Positions 19,206 through 29,082 of a stretch of 64,000 nucleotides of DNA are shown here, piece after piece. The DNA is from Longimicrobiales bacterium (GTDB lineage Bacteria > Gemmatimonadota > Gemmatimonadetes > Longimicrobiales > Gaopeijiaceae). The notes under the pieces are model-generated. The model was not told the DNA's origin. It saw only the letters and a list, made by a program, of their open reading frames with translations, and searched no databases. The DNA lies in contig JAWLHJ010000001.1 in NCBI GenBank assembly GCA_041690395.1, positions 256,001-320,000 of the forward strand, in the 5' to 3' direction. Both the position numbers and the translations under genes were made by a program. Positions within the stretch are counted from its first letter, which is position 1; each line of letters starts with the position of its first letter.

Positions 19206-20273
19206 ATGACCCAGGACATCTCCTTTCTCGAGCGCCTACTCGACGCGCCCGGGCCCTCCGGCTTCGAGGTTCGCGCGGCGCGCGTGTGGCGCGAGGAGGC
19301 GGCCGGTTTCGCGGACGAGGTGGACGTCGACGTGAGCGGCAACTCGTACGCCACGTTGCGGGGCACCGGCGAGAAGCGGGTCATGCTGGCCGGTCACATC
19401 GACGAGATCGGCCTCCAGGTCACGCACATCGACAAGGACGGCTACTTGTATGTCGACGCGATCGGGGGGTGGGACCCTCAGGTCCTGGTGGGCCAGCGGG
19501 TCATGATCCTGGCACGGTCCGGCGACGTCGTCGGCGTCGTCGGCAAGAAGGCGATCCATCTCATGACGCCCGAGGACCGCAATCAGGCGTCGAAGATCAA
19601 AAACCTCTGGGTCGACATCGGCGCCTCGTCGCGCGACGAGGTGGCGGAGGCGGGCGTGCGAGTCGGTGACCCGATGGTCATCGCGCAGCCGATGGCGCGT
19701 CTCGCCGGCGACCGGATCGCGAGCCGTGCCATCGACAACCGCATCGGCGCGTTCGTGGTGCTCGAGGCCCTGAGGATGCTGTCAGGCGAGCGGAGCTACG
19801 CCACGGCCACCGCGGTCGCCACCGTACAAGAGGAGATCGGGCACTCGGGCGGCGGCGCCCGGACGAGTGCGTACCGGCTCGAGCCGGACCTCGCGCTCGT
19901 GGTCGACGTGACGTTCAGCACCGACGTTCCCGACGTGGAGAAGAAGGAGCTCGGCGAGCACGAGCTCGGCGGGGGCCCCGTGCTGAGTCGGGGCTCGGCC
20001 TCGCACAACGAGGTGTTCGAAGCGCTCGCCAGGACCGCGGAGGCGGCCGAGATCCCGTTCACCATCCAGGCATCGCCCTCCGCGACCCGCACCGACGCGG
20101 ACGGGATCCACCTGACGCGACGGGGCGTGCCGACCGCGGTCATCTCGGTTCCGAACCGCTACATGCACTCCCCGAACGAGGTGGTCAGCGTGAAGGATCT
20201 CTTCCGGACCGCCGCGCTCATCGCCGCGTTCGTACGCGACATCGACGCCGACACGGACTTCACGCCGCGTTGA
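19206..20273 (+). CDS. M42 family metallopeptidase
   Basis: GPSGFE, GHIDEIG, DNRIG, QEEIG, TDAD, RYMHSP. Confidence 0.93.
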   Translation: MTQDISFLERLLDAPGPSGFEVRAARVWREEAAGFADEVDVDVSGNSYATLRGTGEKRVMLAGHIDEIGLQVTHIDKDGYLYVDAIGGWDPQVLVGQRVMILARSGDVVGVVGKKAIHLMTPEDRNQASKIKNLWVDIGASSRDEVAEAGVRVGDPMVIAQPMARLAGDRIASRAIDNRIGAFVVLEALRMLSGERSYATATAVATVQEEIGHSGGGARTSAYRLEPDLALVVDVTFSTDVPDVEKKELGEHELGGGPVLSRGSASHNEVFEALARTAEAAEIPFTIQASPSATRTDADGIHLTRRGVPTAVISVPNRYMHSPNEVVSVKDLFRTAALIAAFVRDIDADTDFTPR

Positions 20274-20432
20274 CGGCCCATGTCCGTACATCTAAGGTTC
20301 GGACCCCCGGAGACCGGGGCCGCGGAACGCTCTCGTCCGGAGAGACGCCGGTCCTCATGTGGGAAGCAGCATCGCAGGAAGCCGACCCGGGACCGCGCCG
20401 GCGTGGGTGGCACACTCTGAAGGAAGCAATCG

Positions 20433-20903
20433 ATGGTCGAGGCAGGGAAGGTGATCAAGGAGCTGCAGGACATGCGCGACGACGGACATCTGTCCGACGC
20501 GCTCCTGCGATATGCGGTCCGCTCCATCGCGAAGGCGGGCGAGTACAGCTGGGTGGGGGTCTACCTCCTGAACGAGGAGGCGCAGGAGCTCTGGCTCCAC
20601 AACTACGTCGGTGAGCCGACCGAGCACGCGAAGATTCCCGTGGGCACGGGCGTGTGCGGACGGGCGGTCGCGGAGGGCACCAATCTCAACATCCCCGACG
20701 TGAGCACCGAGGAGAACTACCTGGCGTGCTCGCCGGACGTGCAGAGCGAGCTGGTCGTGCTCATCCGGGCCGGAGACGAGATCTTCGGTCAGATCGACAT
20801 CGACTCCGAGGAGAAGGACTCGTTCTCGGAAGAGGACGAGATCGCGCTCGTCGGCGTAGCGGACAAGCTCGCCGAGCAGCTGGCGGCGGAGCGGCGCTCC
20901 TGA
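20433..20903 (+). CDS. GAF-domain free methionine-R-sulfoxide reductase-like protein (two-Cys type)
   Basis: WVGVYL, IPVGTGVCG, YLACS..VQSELV, QIDIDS. Confidence 0.8.
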   Translation: MVEAGKVIKELQDMRDDGHLSDALLRYAVRSIAKAGEYSWVGVYLLNEEAQELWLHNYVGEPTEHAKIPVGTGVCGRAVAEGTNLNIPDVSTEENYLACSPDVQSELVVLIRAGDEIFGQIDIDSEEKDSFSEEDEIALVGVADKLAEQLAAERRS

Positions 20904-21676
20904 CGGAACGCTCGGGGGCCGGGCTCGAGCCACTAGAGCCCCGGTTTCTGAACGCCGGCAACGCCGGTCCGTTCACGCTGGACGGGACCCGCACCTACCT
21001 GGTCGGGAACCGGAACGTGGCGGTCATCGATCCGGGCCCGGACGCGCAGGCGCACGTCCGGGCCCTGGTCGGGGCGGTCGAGGAAGCAGAGGAGGTTCGC
21101 ATTCTGCTCACGCATGGGCATGCGGACCATGCGGCGGCCGCCCGTCCCCTCGCCGACGCCCTCGGCGCCGAAGTGTTCGGCCCGCCGCTCCCCGAAGTGG
21201 ACCGGGTCCTCGAAGACGGCGCTTCGATCGAGACCGACCAGGGGTCGCTCGTGGCGGTCCACACCCCGGGACATGCTCTCGAGCATCTCTGCTTCCATTG
21301 GCCCGCCGCGCGGGCGCTGTTCGCGGGCGATCTCCTGCTCGGCCAGGGCGATACCACCTGGGTCGCCGAATATCCGGGGTGCGTCGCCGACTATTTCGAC
21401 TCCCTCGAGCGGCTGCGGGCGCTGGAGCTCGACGTGATCTATCCGACCCACGGCCCTCCGCTCAAAGACGCCGCCGCCGCGATCGAGCGCTTCGAGGCGC
21501 ACCGGCGTGAGCGCGTGCGTCAGGTGGAGGCCGCGCTCCCCAAGCTTCCCCGCCTCGACGTCGATGACCTCATGGCGCACGTATATGGCGACAGCGTGCC
21601 GGACGGGTTGCACGGTGCCGCCGCGCGCAGCCTCGCCGCGTTGGTGGACTACGTGAGAGGTGTGCGAAGGACGTGA
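20900..21676 (+). CDS. Metallo-beta-lactamase fold hydrolase (start uncertain, probably CTG)
   Basis: NAGPFTLDGTRTY, IDPGP, THGHADH, HTPGH, PTHG; no nearby in-frame ATG/GTG/TTG. Confidence 0.85.
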   Translation: MTERSGAGLEPLEPRFLNAGNAGPFTLDGTRTYLVGNRNVAVIDPGPDAQAHVRALVGAVEEAEEVRILLTHGHADHAAAARPLADALGAEVFGPPLPEVDRVLEDGASIETDQGSLVAVHTPGHALEHLCFHWPAARALFAGDLLLGQGDTTWVAEYPGCVADYFDSLERLRALELDVIYPTHGPPLKDAAAAIERFEAHRRERVRQVEAALPKLPRLDVDDLMAHVYGDSVPDGLHGAAARSLAALVDYVRGVRRT

Positions 21677-21719
21677 GCGGCGCGTTGCACGGGAAGGCGG
21701 AAGCGGGGTATCGTCGGAC

Positions 21720-23162
21720 ATGACTCTCGACGCTTCTCTGGTCTCGCGACTCCGTGACACGGTCGGCCGCGATCAGGTGATCACCGACCCCAACCGCCTC
21801 TTCGTGTACGAGTCGGACGGCCTCACCCAGTACCGGGTGGCGCCACGGGCGGTGGTGCTCCCGGCCACCACGGACGAACTCGCGGCGGCCGTGCGGCTGC
21901 TTCATGACGCGCGGGTTCCGGTCGTCCCACGCGGGGCCGGAACCGGCCTGTCGGGCGGCGCGCTTCCCTGCGCGGACGGCGTCATCGTGGGCACGGCGCG
22001 CATGAACCGGATCCTCTCGATCGATCCGGAGAGCCGAATCGCTCGGGTCCAGCCCGGCGTGGTGAACGGGCGGTTGACGGAGGCGACCCTCCCACACGGT
22101 CTCTACTACGCGCCCGATCCGTCGTCGCAGAGCACGTGCACGTTGGGTGGGAACGTGGCGGAGAACTCGGGAGGGCCGCACTGCCTCAAGTACGGCGTGA
22201 CGGGGCGATACGTGACCGGCCTTACCGTAGTGCTCCCGGACGGAGAAGTCGTCGAGCTCGGAGGAGCCGGGCGGGCTCCCGACGGCGCGCTCGATCTCGT
22301 CGGGCTGTTCGTCGGGTCCGAAGGATGCTTCGGTATCGCGGCCGAGATCGAGGTAGGGCTGCTCCCCATCGCCGAGGGCGTCCGGACGCTCCTCGGCATC
22401 TTCGAGTCGATGGAGGACGCTGGACGGGCCGTCACCGCGATCATCGCCTCGGGCATGCTCCCCGCCGCCCTCGAGATCGTCGATGCCGCGACCATCCGCG
22501 CGGTGGAGGCCAGCGTGTACGCCGCGGGGTATCCGACCGACGCGGGTGCGGCCCTGGTCGTGGAGTTCGACGGCACCGAAGAGGGCCTGGACGCCGACGC
22601 CGACCGGGCCGAGGCGTGTTGCCGTGAGGCCGGTGCGCGTGACGTCCAGCGCGCGGTCGACGAGTCCCATCGGGCCGCGCTGTGGAAGGGGCGGAAGAAG
22701 GCGTTCGGCGCGATGGGCCGTATCGCGCCGGACCTCCTGGTCCAGGACGCGACGGTGCCGCGGACGCGACTCCCCGAGGTGCTGGCGGGCGTGGCCGAGA
22801 TCGGTCGCCGCTACGATCTCCAGATCGCCAACGTCTTCCACGCCGGAGACGGGAACCTGCACCCCAACATCATCTTCGACCGGCACGACCCCGATGAGCT
22901 GGCGCGGGTCGAACAGGCGTCGAAGGACATCATGGCGCTGTGCGTCGACGCGGGGGGCACCATCACGGGCGAGCACGGCGTCGGGGTCGACAAGCGTAAG
23001 TACATGCGGCTGGTGCACGGCCCCGACGAGCTGGCCGCCATGGGTGCGATGAAGCGGGCGTTCGACCCGTCCGGGCTCTTCAACCCGGGCAAGGTGCTGC
23101 CCGATCCCGAGGTGCCCACCGACCCTGCGGCGGCCGACGCCGGGACGGGAGAAGCGGCTTGA
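21720..23162 (+). CDS. glcD: Glycolate/D-lactate dehydrogenase FAD subunit GlcD-like
   Basis: RGAGTGLSGG, PDPSSQ..CTLGGNVAENSGGPHCLKYG, GSEG, HAGDGNLHP, GEHGVG, NPGK. Confidence 0.9.
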   Translation: MTLDASLVSRLRDTVGRDQVITDPNRLFVYESDGLTQYRVAPRAVVLPATTDELAAAVRLLHDARVPVVPRGAGTGLSGGALPCADGVIVGTARMNRILSIDPESRIARVQPGVVNGRLTEATLPHGLYYAPDPSSQSTCTLGGNVAENSGGPHCLKYGVTGRYVTGLTVVLPDGEVVELGGAGRAPDGALDLVGLFVGSEGCFGIAAEIEVGLLPIAEGVRTLLGIFESMEDAGRAVTAIIASGMLPAALEIVDAATIRAVEASVYAAGYPTDAGAALVVEFDGTEEGLDADADRAEACCREAGARDVQRAVDESHRAALWKGRKKAFGAMGRIAPDLLVQDATVPRTRLPEVLAGVAEIGRRYDLQIANVFHAGDGNLHPNIIFDRHDPDELARVEQASKDIMALCVDAGGTITGEHGVGVDKRKYMRLVHGPDELAAMGAMKRAFDPSGLFNPGKVLPDPEVPTDPAAADAGTGEAA

Positions 23163-24469
23163 GGGTGCTCGCGGATGCGCTGCCCTCCGAGGCGTTGGGC
23201 GATACGGCTGACGCACCTCGGCTCGCGGGCTCGGTCGAGGCGCTGATCCGCCCGGGGGATCCCGCCGAGGTGTCCGAAGCGCTCGCGTGGGCCCGCGCCG
23301 AGGGAACGACCCTCCTGCCCGTCGGAACCGGGCGTCACATCCCGCGCATCGTCGCCCCCGCCCGGTGCGCGGTGCTCTCCACCGAGCGCATGTCCGGCGT
23401 GACGATCTACGAGCCCGCGGACCTCACGCTCACGGCGCTGGCCGGCACTCCGCTCTCGGCGCTCCGCGAGGCGCTCGCCCCGCACGCGCAGTGGCTCCCC
23501 TTCGACCCGCCCGACGTCGAGGGCCGCACGCTGGGTGGCCTGGTCGCGTCCGGGCTGTCGGGGCCTCTAGCCGCCGGGTACGGCGCTCTCCGGAACCACG
23601 TGCTGGGCGCGACCGTCGTGCTCGGGGATGGCCGGCGGCTACGGCTTGGCGGGCGGGTCGTGAAGAACGTCGCCGGCTTCGACCTCCTGCGGCCGGTGGT
23701 GGGGAGTCTGGGGGGATTGTGCGTCGTGACCGAGATCTGCGTGAGGCTGTTTCCCGAGCCGAGGGTGGATCGTCTCCTGATCACCCGGGCCGACACGCCG
23801 AGCGCGCTGGTGGGCGCGGCCCGGGCGGTCGCGCGGGCCCCGGTCGTCCCCGCTTCGTCCGTGCTCGTCTCGGGGGCCGACGCGTCGGCCGAGGGAGCGG
23901 CGCTGCTCGTCCGGCTCCACGGCGCCCGCCCGACCGTCGACGCGGACCAGCGAACGTTCGAGCGTGCGATCGGACGGCCGGTCGAGGTGGTGGACGAGGA
24001 CGTCACGATGGTGACCCGAGCGGCGCGTGACCTGCTCGCGGGCGGCGCAGGCGAGAACCGGACCGCGACCGTGTCCGGAGACGCGCCCGCGCTGGGCGTC
24101 GGCAACGCCTCGGCGCCTGCGGACCGGCTCGGCAACCTCCTGTCGGCCCTGGATTCGACGCTGGGGCGCGTTCCGTTCTCCTGCGACGCGTACTCCGGCA
24201 CCGTCCGGTTCGGCTTCGACGGCGGTCACGTGCCGGCCCTCGCGACGCTGCGTCGTGCTCTCGAGGCCCTCGGTGGCTCGCTGGGCGTGGAGCGCGCTCC
24301 CGGGGGCGCGGCGCCGGATCTCGGGGATGCGGTCTCCACGCCATCGGCCGGAGAGGCGAAGCTGACCGCGCGGGTGCGTGCGGTCTTCGACCCGGCCGGC
24401 GTGTTCTGGCCGTCCGCCGGCCGGGCCGCACCAGCGGACGGCGCGGTTGGCCAGGGAGCGGTCCGGTGA
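23159..24469 (+). CDS. glcE: GlcE-like FAD-binding subunit
   Basis: TTGA overlap; YEPADLT, TLGG, GGRVVKNVAGFDL, FDP. Confidence 0.85.
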   Translation: MRVLADALPSEALGDTADAPRLAGSVEALIRPGDPAEVSEALAWARAEGTTLLPVGTGRHIPRIVAPARCAVLSTERMSGVTIYEPADLTLTALAGTPLSALREALAPHAQWLPFDPPDVEGRTLGGLVASGLSGPLAAGYGALRNHVLGATVVLGDGRRLRLGGRVVKNVAGFDLLRPVVGSLGGLCVVTEICVRLFPEPRVDRLLITRADTPSALVGAARAVARAPVVPASSVLVSGADASAEGAALLVRLHGARPTVDADQRTFERAIGRPVEVVDEDVTMVTRAARDLLAGGAGENRTATVSGDAPALGVGNASAPADRLGNLLSALDSTLGRVPFSCDAYSGTVRFGFDGGHVPALATLRRALEALGGSLGVERAPGGAAPDLGDAVSTPSAGEAKLTARVRAVFDPAGVFWPSAGRAAPADGAVGQGAVR

Positions 24470-25818
24470 GCGCGCGCCCGTCCGCTCCGGGTCCGGTCGG
24501 GGGGGCGCTCGCGAGCGCGCTCGCCGAGCAGCAGGAGCGCCTCCTCCCCTGCGTCCATTGCGGCTTCTGCCTGCCCGCGTGCCCGACCTATACGAGGCTG
24601 GGCGACGAGGCGGACTCGCCTCGGGGTCGTCTGCATCTCATGCAGGCGGTGGTGGAGGGGCGGTTGGACGCCGGAAGCGACGCGTTCCGCACGCACATCG
24701 ACCGATGCCTCGGGTGCCGAGCCTGCGAGCCCGCGTGCCCCTCGGGGGTCGAGTACGGCATTTTGCTCGAGCACGCACGAGAGACCGCGATCGCGGCCCG
24801 TCCAGCGGGCCTGCTCACCCGCATGCTGCTACGCCTGATGGCCTCCCGCGGCGCGCGCCACATGTTTTTCCTCGGCGGGCGGTTGATGCGCGCCACGGGC
24901 CTCGCGGCCCTCGGTGCTCGCCTCCTCCCGAGGGGGCGGTTGTTCGGGAGCGCGAAGCTGGGCCTCGCCATGCTTGCATCGAGCGCGCCCTGGAAGGCAC
25001 CGGCGCGCCAACCATCGGACCTTCCGGGCGGCGGGGCCTCGACGGGGAGCGCCGGTGGAACGGTAGCGTCCCGGGGACGGGTCGGGATGCTGACCGGTTG
25101 CGTGCAGCAGGGGCTCTACGACCGGGTGAATCGGGCCACGGGACGGGTGCTGCGGGCCAACGGGTTCGACGTCGTGCCGGTGGCCGGGCAGGACTGCTGC
25201 GGCGCGCTTCACGCGCATGCCGGGGCGCTCGCGGGAGCCCGCGAGCTCGCCCGCCGCAACATCGACGCGTTCGAGGCGGCCGGGGTCGAAGTCGTGGTCG
25301 TGAACGCGGCGGGATGCGGGGCGAGCATGAAGCAGTACGGCGTCCTACTCGAGAACGACCCGACCCATGCGGAGCGGGCCGCACGTTTCTCGGCCGGCGT
25401 TCGGGACGTCAACGAGATCCTGGCCGAGGCGGGCCCCCGCGAGGGCGCGGCGGTGCCTTGTCGCGTCGCGTACGACCACCCGTGCCACCTGCTCCACGCC
25501 CAGGGCATACGCGCCGCGCCGCTCGAGGTGCTCGGGGCGGTGCCGGGGGTCGAGGTCCGGGTCGTCGAGCAGGCGGACGAGTGCTGCGGCGGTGCGGGCA
25601 TCTACGGGATCACGCATCCCGACCTCGGAGGGCGCATCGGCGGCGACAAGGTTCGGGCCGTCCGCAGGACCGAGGCCGACGCGGTGGCGACGCCGAACCC
25701 GGGATGCATGATGCAGATCGGTGCCGGCCTGCGGCTCGAGGGATCGGCGACCGGTGCCGTGCATCCGGTGGAGTTGCTGGACGAGAGCTATCGGCGCGCC
25801 GGGTTCTACGCGTCGTGA
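24466..25818 (+). CDS. glcF: GlcF-like iron-sulfur subunit
   Basis: Two CxxCxxCxxxCP motifs, DSPRGR, two CCG domains. Confidence 0.9.
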   Translation: MSARPSAPGPVGGALASALAEQQERLLPCVHCGFCLPACPTYTRLGDEADSPRGRLHLMQAVVEGRLDAGSDAFRTHIDRCLGCRACEPACPSGVEYGILLEHARETAIAARPAGLLTRMLLRLMASRGARHMFFLGGRLMRATGLAALGARLLPRGRLFGSAKLGLAMLASSAPWKAPARQPSDLPGGGASTGSAGGTVASRGRVGMLTGCVQQGLYDRVNRATGRVLRANGFDVVPVAGQDCCGALHAHAGALAGARELARRNIDAFEAAGVEVVVVNAAGCGASMKQYGVLLENDPTHAERAARFSAGVRDVNEILAEAGPREGAAVPCRVAYDHPCHLLHAQGIRAAPLEVLGAVPGVEVRVVEQADECCGGAGIYGITHPDLGGRIGGDKVRAVRRTEADAVATPNPGCMMQIGAGLRLEGSATGAVHPVELLDESYRRAGFYAS

Positions 25819-27044
25819 CCGCATCCAAGGGAACGACGTCCCTGTCACCGGACGTGGCTGCGGCGGTGCTCGAGCATGTCCGCGGTGCGCGTGACGACTT
25901 CGTGGCCTTCCTCACCCGGCTCTGCGAATGCGAATCTCCGACGAACCGGCCCGAGACGCAGGCAGCCGTACAGGAGTATCTCGCCGGCGCGTTGGCCGAG
26001 CTCGGCTTCCAGGTCCGGAAGCTCCCGGGTCGCGGCTCGGGCGGCCATCTCTACGCCCGGCCTGCCGGTCGACGCCGCGGCCCGCCCGCTCAGCTGCTCG
26101 TCGGACACACGGACACGGTGTGGCCGGTCGGAACGCTCGAGACGATGCCCGTCCGGGAGGATGACGGCCGGCTCTACGGGCCAGGCACGCTCGACATGAA
26201 GGGCGGGCTGACGCAGATGGTGTTCGCGCTGCGCGCCCTTCGCGACCTCGGCCTCGAGCCGCCTGCGACGCCCGTCCTATTCCTGAACTCGGACGAGGAG
26301 ACCGGCAGCCCCGACTCGAACCGCTGGGTCCGCCGCATGGCGGCCCGGGTCCGCCGCGCGTTCGTTCTCGAACCGGCGCTCGCGCCCGACGCCCGCATCA
26401 AGACGGCGAGAAAGGGGATCGGGAGGTTCGACGTCACGGTGCGGGGGAAGGCGTCGCATGCCGGGCTCGATCCGGATGCCGGCGCCAGCGCGATCCTCGA
26501 GCTCGCGTACGTCATCAGGGCACTGGACGGCCTGCAGGACGGCACGATCGGGCGCACCTTGAACGTCGGTGTCATCGAGGGCGGCATCGGCGCGAACGTC
26601 GTGGCGCCCCTGGCCCGGGCGGCGGTCGATGCCAGGGTCACCACGGTCGCCGACGCCCGGGCGCTCGAAGAAGCCGTGGCCGCGATCGAGCCGACCGTCG
26701 CCGGCGTGTCGCTCGAGATCTCCGGAGGCGTCATCGTCCCGCCGCTCGAGCGCACGCCGAGGAACCGGGCGCTCTGGGACCAGGCGCGCGAGGCCGGGGC
26801 CGCCCTCGGCTTCGATCTGGAGGAGGGGATGGCCGGCGGCGGATCGGACGGCAACACGACGAGCCTGTACACGGCCACCCTCGACGGCCTGGGGTGCGTC
26901 GGCGACGGCCCCCACGCCGCCCACGAGCATATCGAGATCGGGCCGACGCTAGACCGGTGCGCCCTGCTCGCGTGTCTCCTGATGATGCCGGTCGCCGGAG
27001 GGAGTGGGTCGACGGGTGGTGCCGCGGCCGGAGCGTCGGAGTGA
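25815..27044 (+). CDS. M20 family amidohydrolase (candidate N-succinyl-L-amino acid desuccinylase)
   Basis: GTGA overlap; GHTDTVW, DMKGG, DEETGS, HAG, GGSDGN. Confidence 0.88.
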   Translation: MTASKGTTSLSPDVAAAVLEHVRGARDDFVAFLTRLCECESPTNRPETQAAVQEYLAGALAELGFQVRKLPGRGSGGHLYARPAGRRRGPPAQLLVGHTDTVWPVGTLETMPVREDDGRLYGPGTLDMKGGLTQMVFALRALRDLGLEPPATPVLFLNSDEETGSPDSNRWVRRMAARVRRAFVLEPALAPDARIKTARKGIGRFDVTVRGKASHAGLDPDAGASAILELAYVIRALDGLQDGTIGRTLNVGVIEGGIGANVVAPLARAAVDARVTTVADARALEEAVAAIEPTVAGVSLEISGGVIVPPLERTPRNRALWDQAREAGAALGFDLEEGMAGGGSDGNTTSLYTATLDGLGCVGDGPHAAHEHIEIGPTLDRCALLACLLMMPVAGGSGSTGGAAAGASE

Positions 27045-27946
27045 CCGGCGGTCCGTCGCCTGCCGCTGGTTCCGCGGCCGATCACACGGTCCGCCACTTC
27101 GCGTCGCTCGACGACTACCGGGCGTGCGTGGCGCTCCAGGAGGAAGTTTGGGGGGACGGATTCTCGGAGCGTGTGCCAACGGCGATCCTGAAGGTCGGGC
27201 AGGAGCTCGGTGGCGTCTCCGCCGGCGCGTTCGACCCCCGCGGTCGGCTCGACGGCTTCGTGTTCGGCCTCACCGGCCTCGACGGCGACAGCGAGCCCGT
27301 GCATTGGTCCGACATGCTGGCCGTGCGGGCCGACGTGGCCGGCCGGGGGCTGGCCACCCGCCTCAAGTGGTTCCAGCGCCAGGCGGTGCTGGATCGCGGG
27401 GTCACCCGCATGCTTTGGACTTTCGACCCGCTCCGCGCCCGCAACGCGCATCTCAACCTGAACAAGCTGGGCGCGGTCGTGCGCGAGTACCGGGAGGACA
27501 TGTACGGCGAGACGGACTCCGAGCTGCACCGCGGCATCGGCACCGATCGATTCGTCGCGCTTTGGCGGCTCGACTCGCCGACCGTGGCTTCACGGGCCGG
27601 GCAGGCCGGGGGGCACACCGGAGCGCACGGCGGTTCGCCGTCCATCGCCGCCGAGCCGATCGTTCTAGCTCTGGACGTGTCTCGCGGTCAGGGGGAGCCC
27701 GCTCCGCGCCCCGAGGCCGTCCGCCTCGGACTCGACGCACCCCGCATCGGCGTTCCGATACCGTCGGATATCGGAGCGGTCATGGCTCGCGACGGCGGAC
27801 TGGCGGTAGCGTGGAGAGAGGCGACCCGGAAGGTGCTCGTCCATTATCTGAGAAGGGGATACGAAGTGACGGAACTGATCGGCGGCGACGACCTGGTGAC
27901 CTACGCGCTCGAGGCGCGGACCGAGAACCCCGGAGACGCTCCATGA
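27041..27946 (+). CDS. GNAT acyltransferase (candidate D-amino-acid N-succinyltransferase)
   Basis: GTGA overlap; SDMLAV, GRGLATRLK, WTFDPL.ARNA.LN..KLGA, DMYG, TDRF. Confidence 0.82.
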   Translation: MTGGPSPAAGSAADHTVRHFASLDDYRACVALQEEVWGDGFSERVPTAILKVGQELGGVSAGAFDPRGRLDGFVFGLTGLDGDSEPVHWSDMLAVRADVAGRGLATRLKWFQRQAVLDRGVTRMLWTFDPLRARNAHLNLNKLGAVVREYREDMYGETDSELHRGIGTDRFVALWRLDSPTVASRAGQAGGHTGAHGGSPSIAAEPIVLALDVSRGQGEPAPRPEAVRLGLDAPRIGVPIPSDIGAVMARDGGLAVAWREATRKVLVHYLRRGYEVTELIGGDDLVTYALEARTENPGDAP

Positions 27947-29052
27947 AGATCGATCGCGCGGTTCTGCGGGAGATCCGCATGAAGCTCCGGCACCCCTTCG
28001 AGATCAGCAGCGGCGTCACGGAAGAACGGCGCATCCTCCTGCTCACGCTGCACGGCGAGGGCCTCGAGGGATGGGGGGAATGCGTGGCCGGCGAGACGCC
28101 GGCATACGCCTACGAGACGACCGACACCGCCTGGCATGTCCTCACCGACCTCGTGCTGCCGCGCGTCGTGGGACGTGAGGCTTCCGGACCGGAAGGGCTG
28201 CTCGAGCCCGTGAGCTGGATCCGCGGACACCGCATGGCCCAGGCCGCGGTCGAGATGGCGGGATGGGACCTCAGCGCGCGCCTCGCCGGTGTCTCGCTGT
28301 CCACACACCTCGGGGGTGTTCGCGAGCGCGTGCCGGTGGGGGTGAGCGTGGGCATCCAGGGTACTGACGAGGCGCTCATCCGGCAGGTCGAAGGCTTCGT
28401 CGACGAGGGGTACGCGCGCGTGAAGATCAAGATCAAGCCCGGCCGCGACCTCGACATGCTCGGCGCGGTGCGCGATCGCTTTCCCCATCTCCTCATCATG
28501 GCCGACGCGAACTCCGCGTACACGCTCGACGACATGGACCGCCTCACGGCCCTCGACGACCTCGACCTCATGATGATCGAGCAGCCGCTCGCCTATGACG
28601 ACTTCCTCCACCACGCCCGCCTCCAGGAGCGCATCCGGACGCCCGTCTGTCTGGACGAGTCGATCAAGTCGGAGGGCGACCTGGAGCTGGCGCTCGAGCT
28701 GGGGAGCTGCCGGATCGTGAACATCAAGCCGGGGCGGGTGGGCGGGCTCGCGGTGAGCCGCCGTATCCAGGAGACGATGGTCGAGCGCGGGCTGCCCGTC
28801 TGGTGCGGGGGCATGCTGGAGAGTGGCGTAGGGCGCGCGCACAACCTGGCGCTCGCGTCGCTCCCGGGCTTCACCCTCCCCGGTGACATCTCGGCCAGCC
28901 GGCGATACTGGGACCGGGACATCGTGTCGCCGGAGTTCGAGGTGGATCCGGACGGACACATGAAGGTCCCGACCGGTTCCGGGATCGGAGTGGAGGTCGA
29001 TGTGGATCGGGTGCGGGACCTGACGGTGCGCGAGGCCACCTTTCCGGCCTGA
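27943..29052 (+). CDS. menC: NSAR/OSBS enolase-superfamily enzyme (N-succinylamino acid racemase / o-succinylbenzoate synthase)
   Basis: KIKIKPG, DAN, EQP, DES, NIKPGRVGG, WCGGMLE, LPGDIS. Confidence 0.88.
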   Translation: MKIDRAVLREIRMKLRHPFEISSGVTEERRILLLTLHGEGLEGWGECVAGETPAYAYETTDTAWHVLTDLVLPRVVGREASGPEGLLEPVSWIRGHRMAQAAVEMAGWDLSARLAGVSLSTHLGGVRERVPVGVSVGIQGTDEALIRQVEGFVDEGYARVKIKIKPGRDLDMLGAVRDRFPHLLIMADANSAYTLDDMDRLTALDDLDLMMIEQPLAYDDFLHHARLQERIRTPVCLDESIKSEGDLELALELGSCRIVNIKPGRVGGLAVSRRIQETMVERGLPVWCGGMLESGVGRAHNLALASLPGFTLPGDISASRRYWDRDIVSPEFEVDPDGHMKVPTGSGIGVEVDVDRVRDLTVREATFPA

Positions 29053-29082
29053 CGGTTCGCTCGCTCGTGAGCACCGGCACCG

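Noticed and set aside
20338..20430. Glycine riboswitch or SRP RNA resemblance (GGAGAGAC...GAAGGAAGCAA; GGAAGCAGC)
   Set aside because: Lacks the CUCUCAGG element of glycine aptamers and the CAGG-GNRA-AGCA geometry of SRP.
27943..29052. Menaquinone biosynthesis cluster
   Set aside because: No other men genes in the window; the context favours the racemase role.
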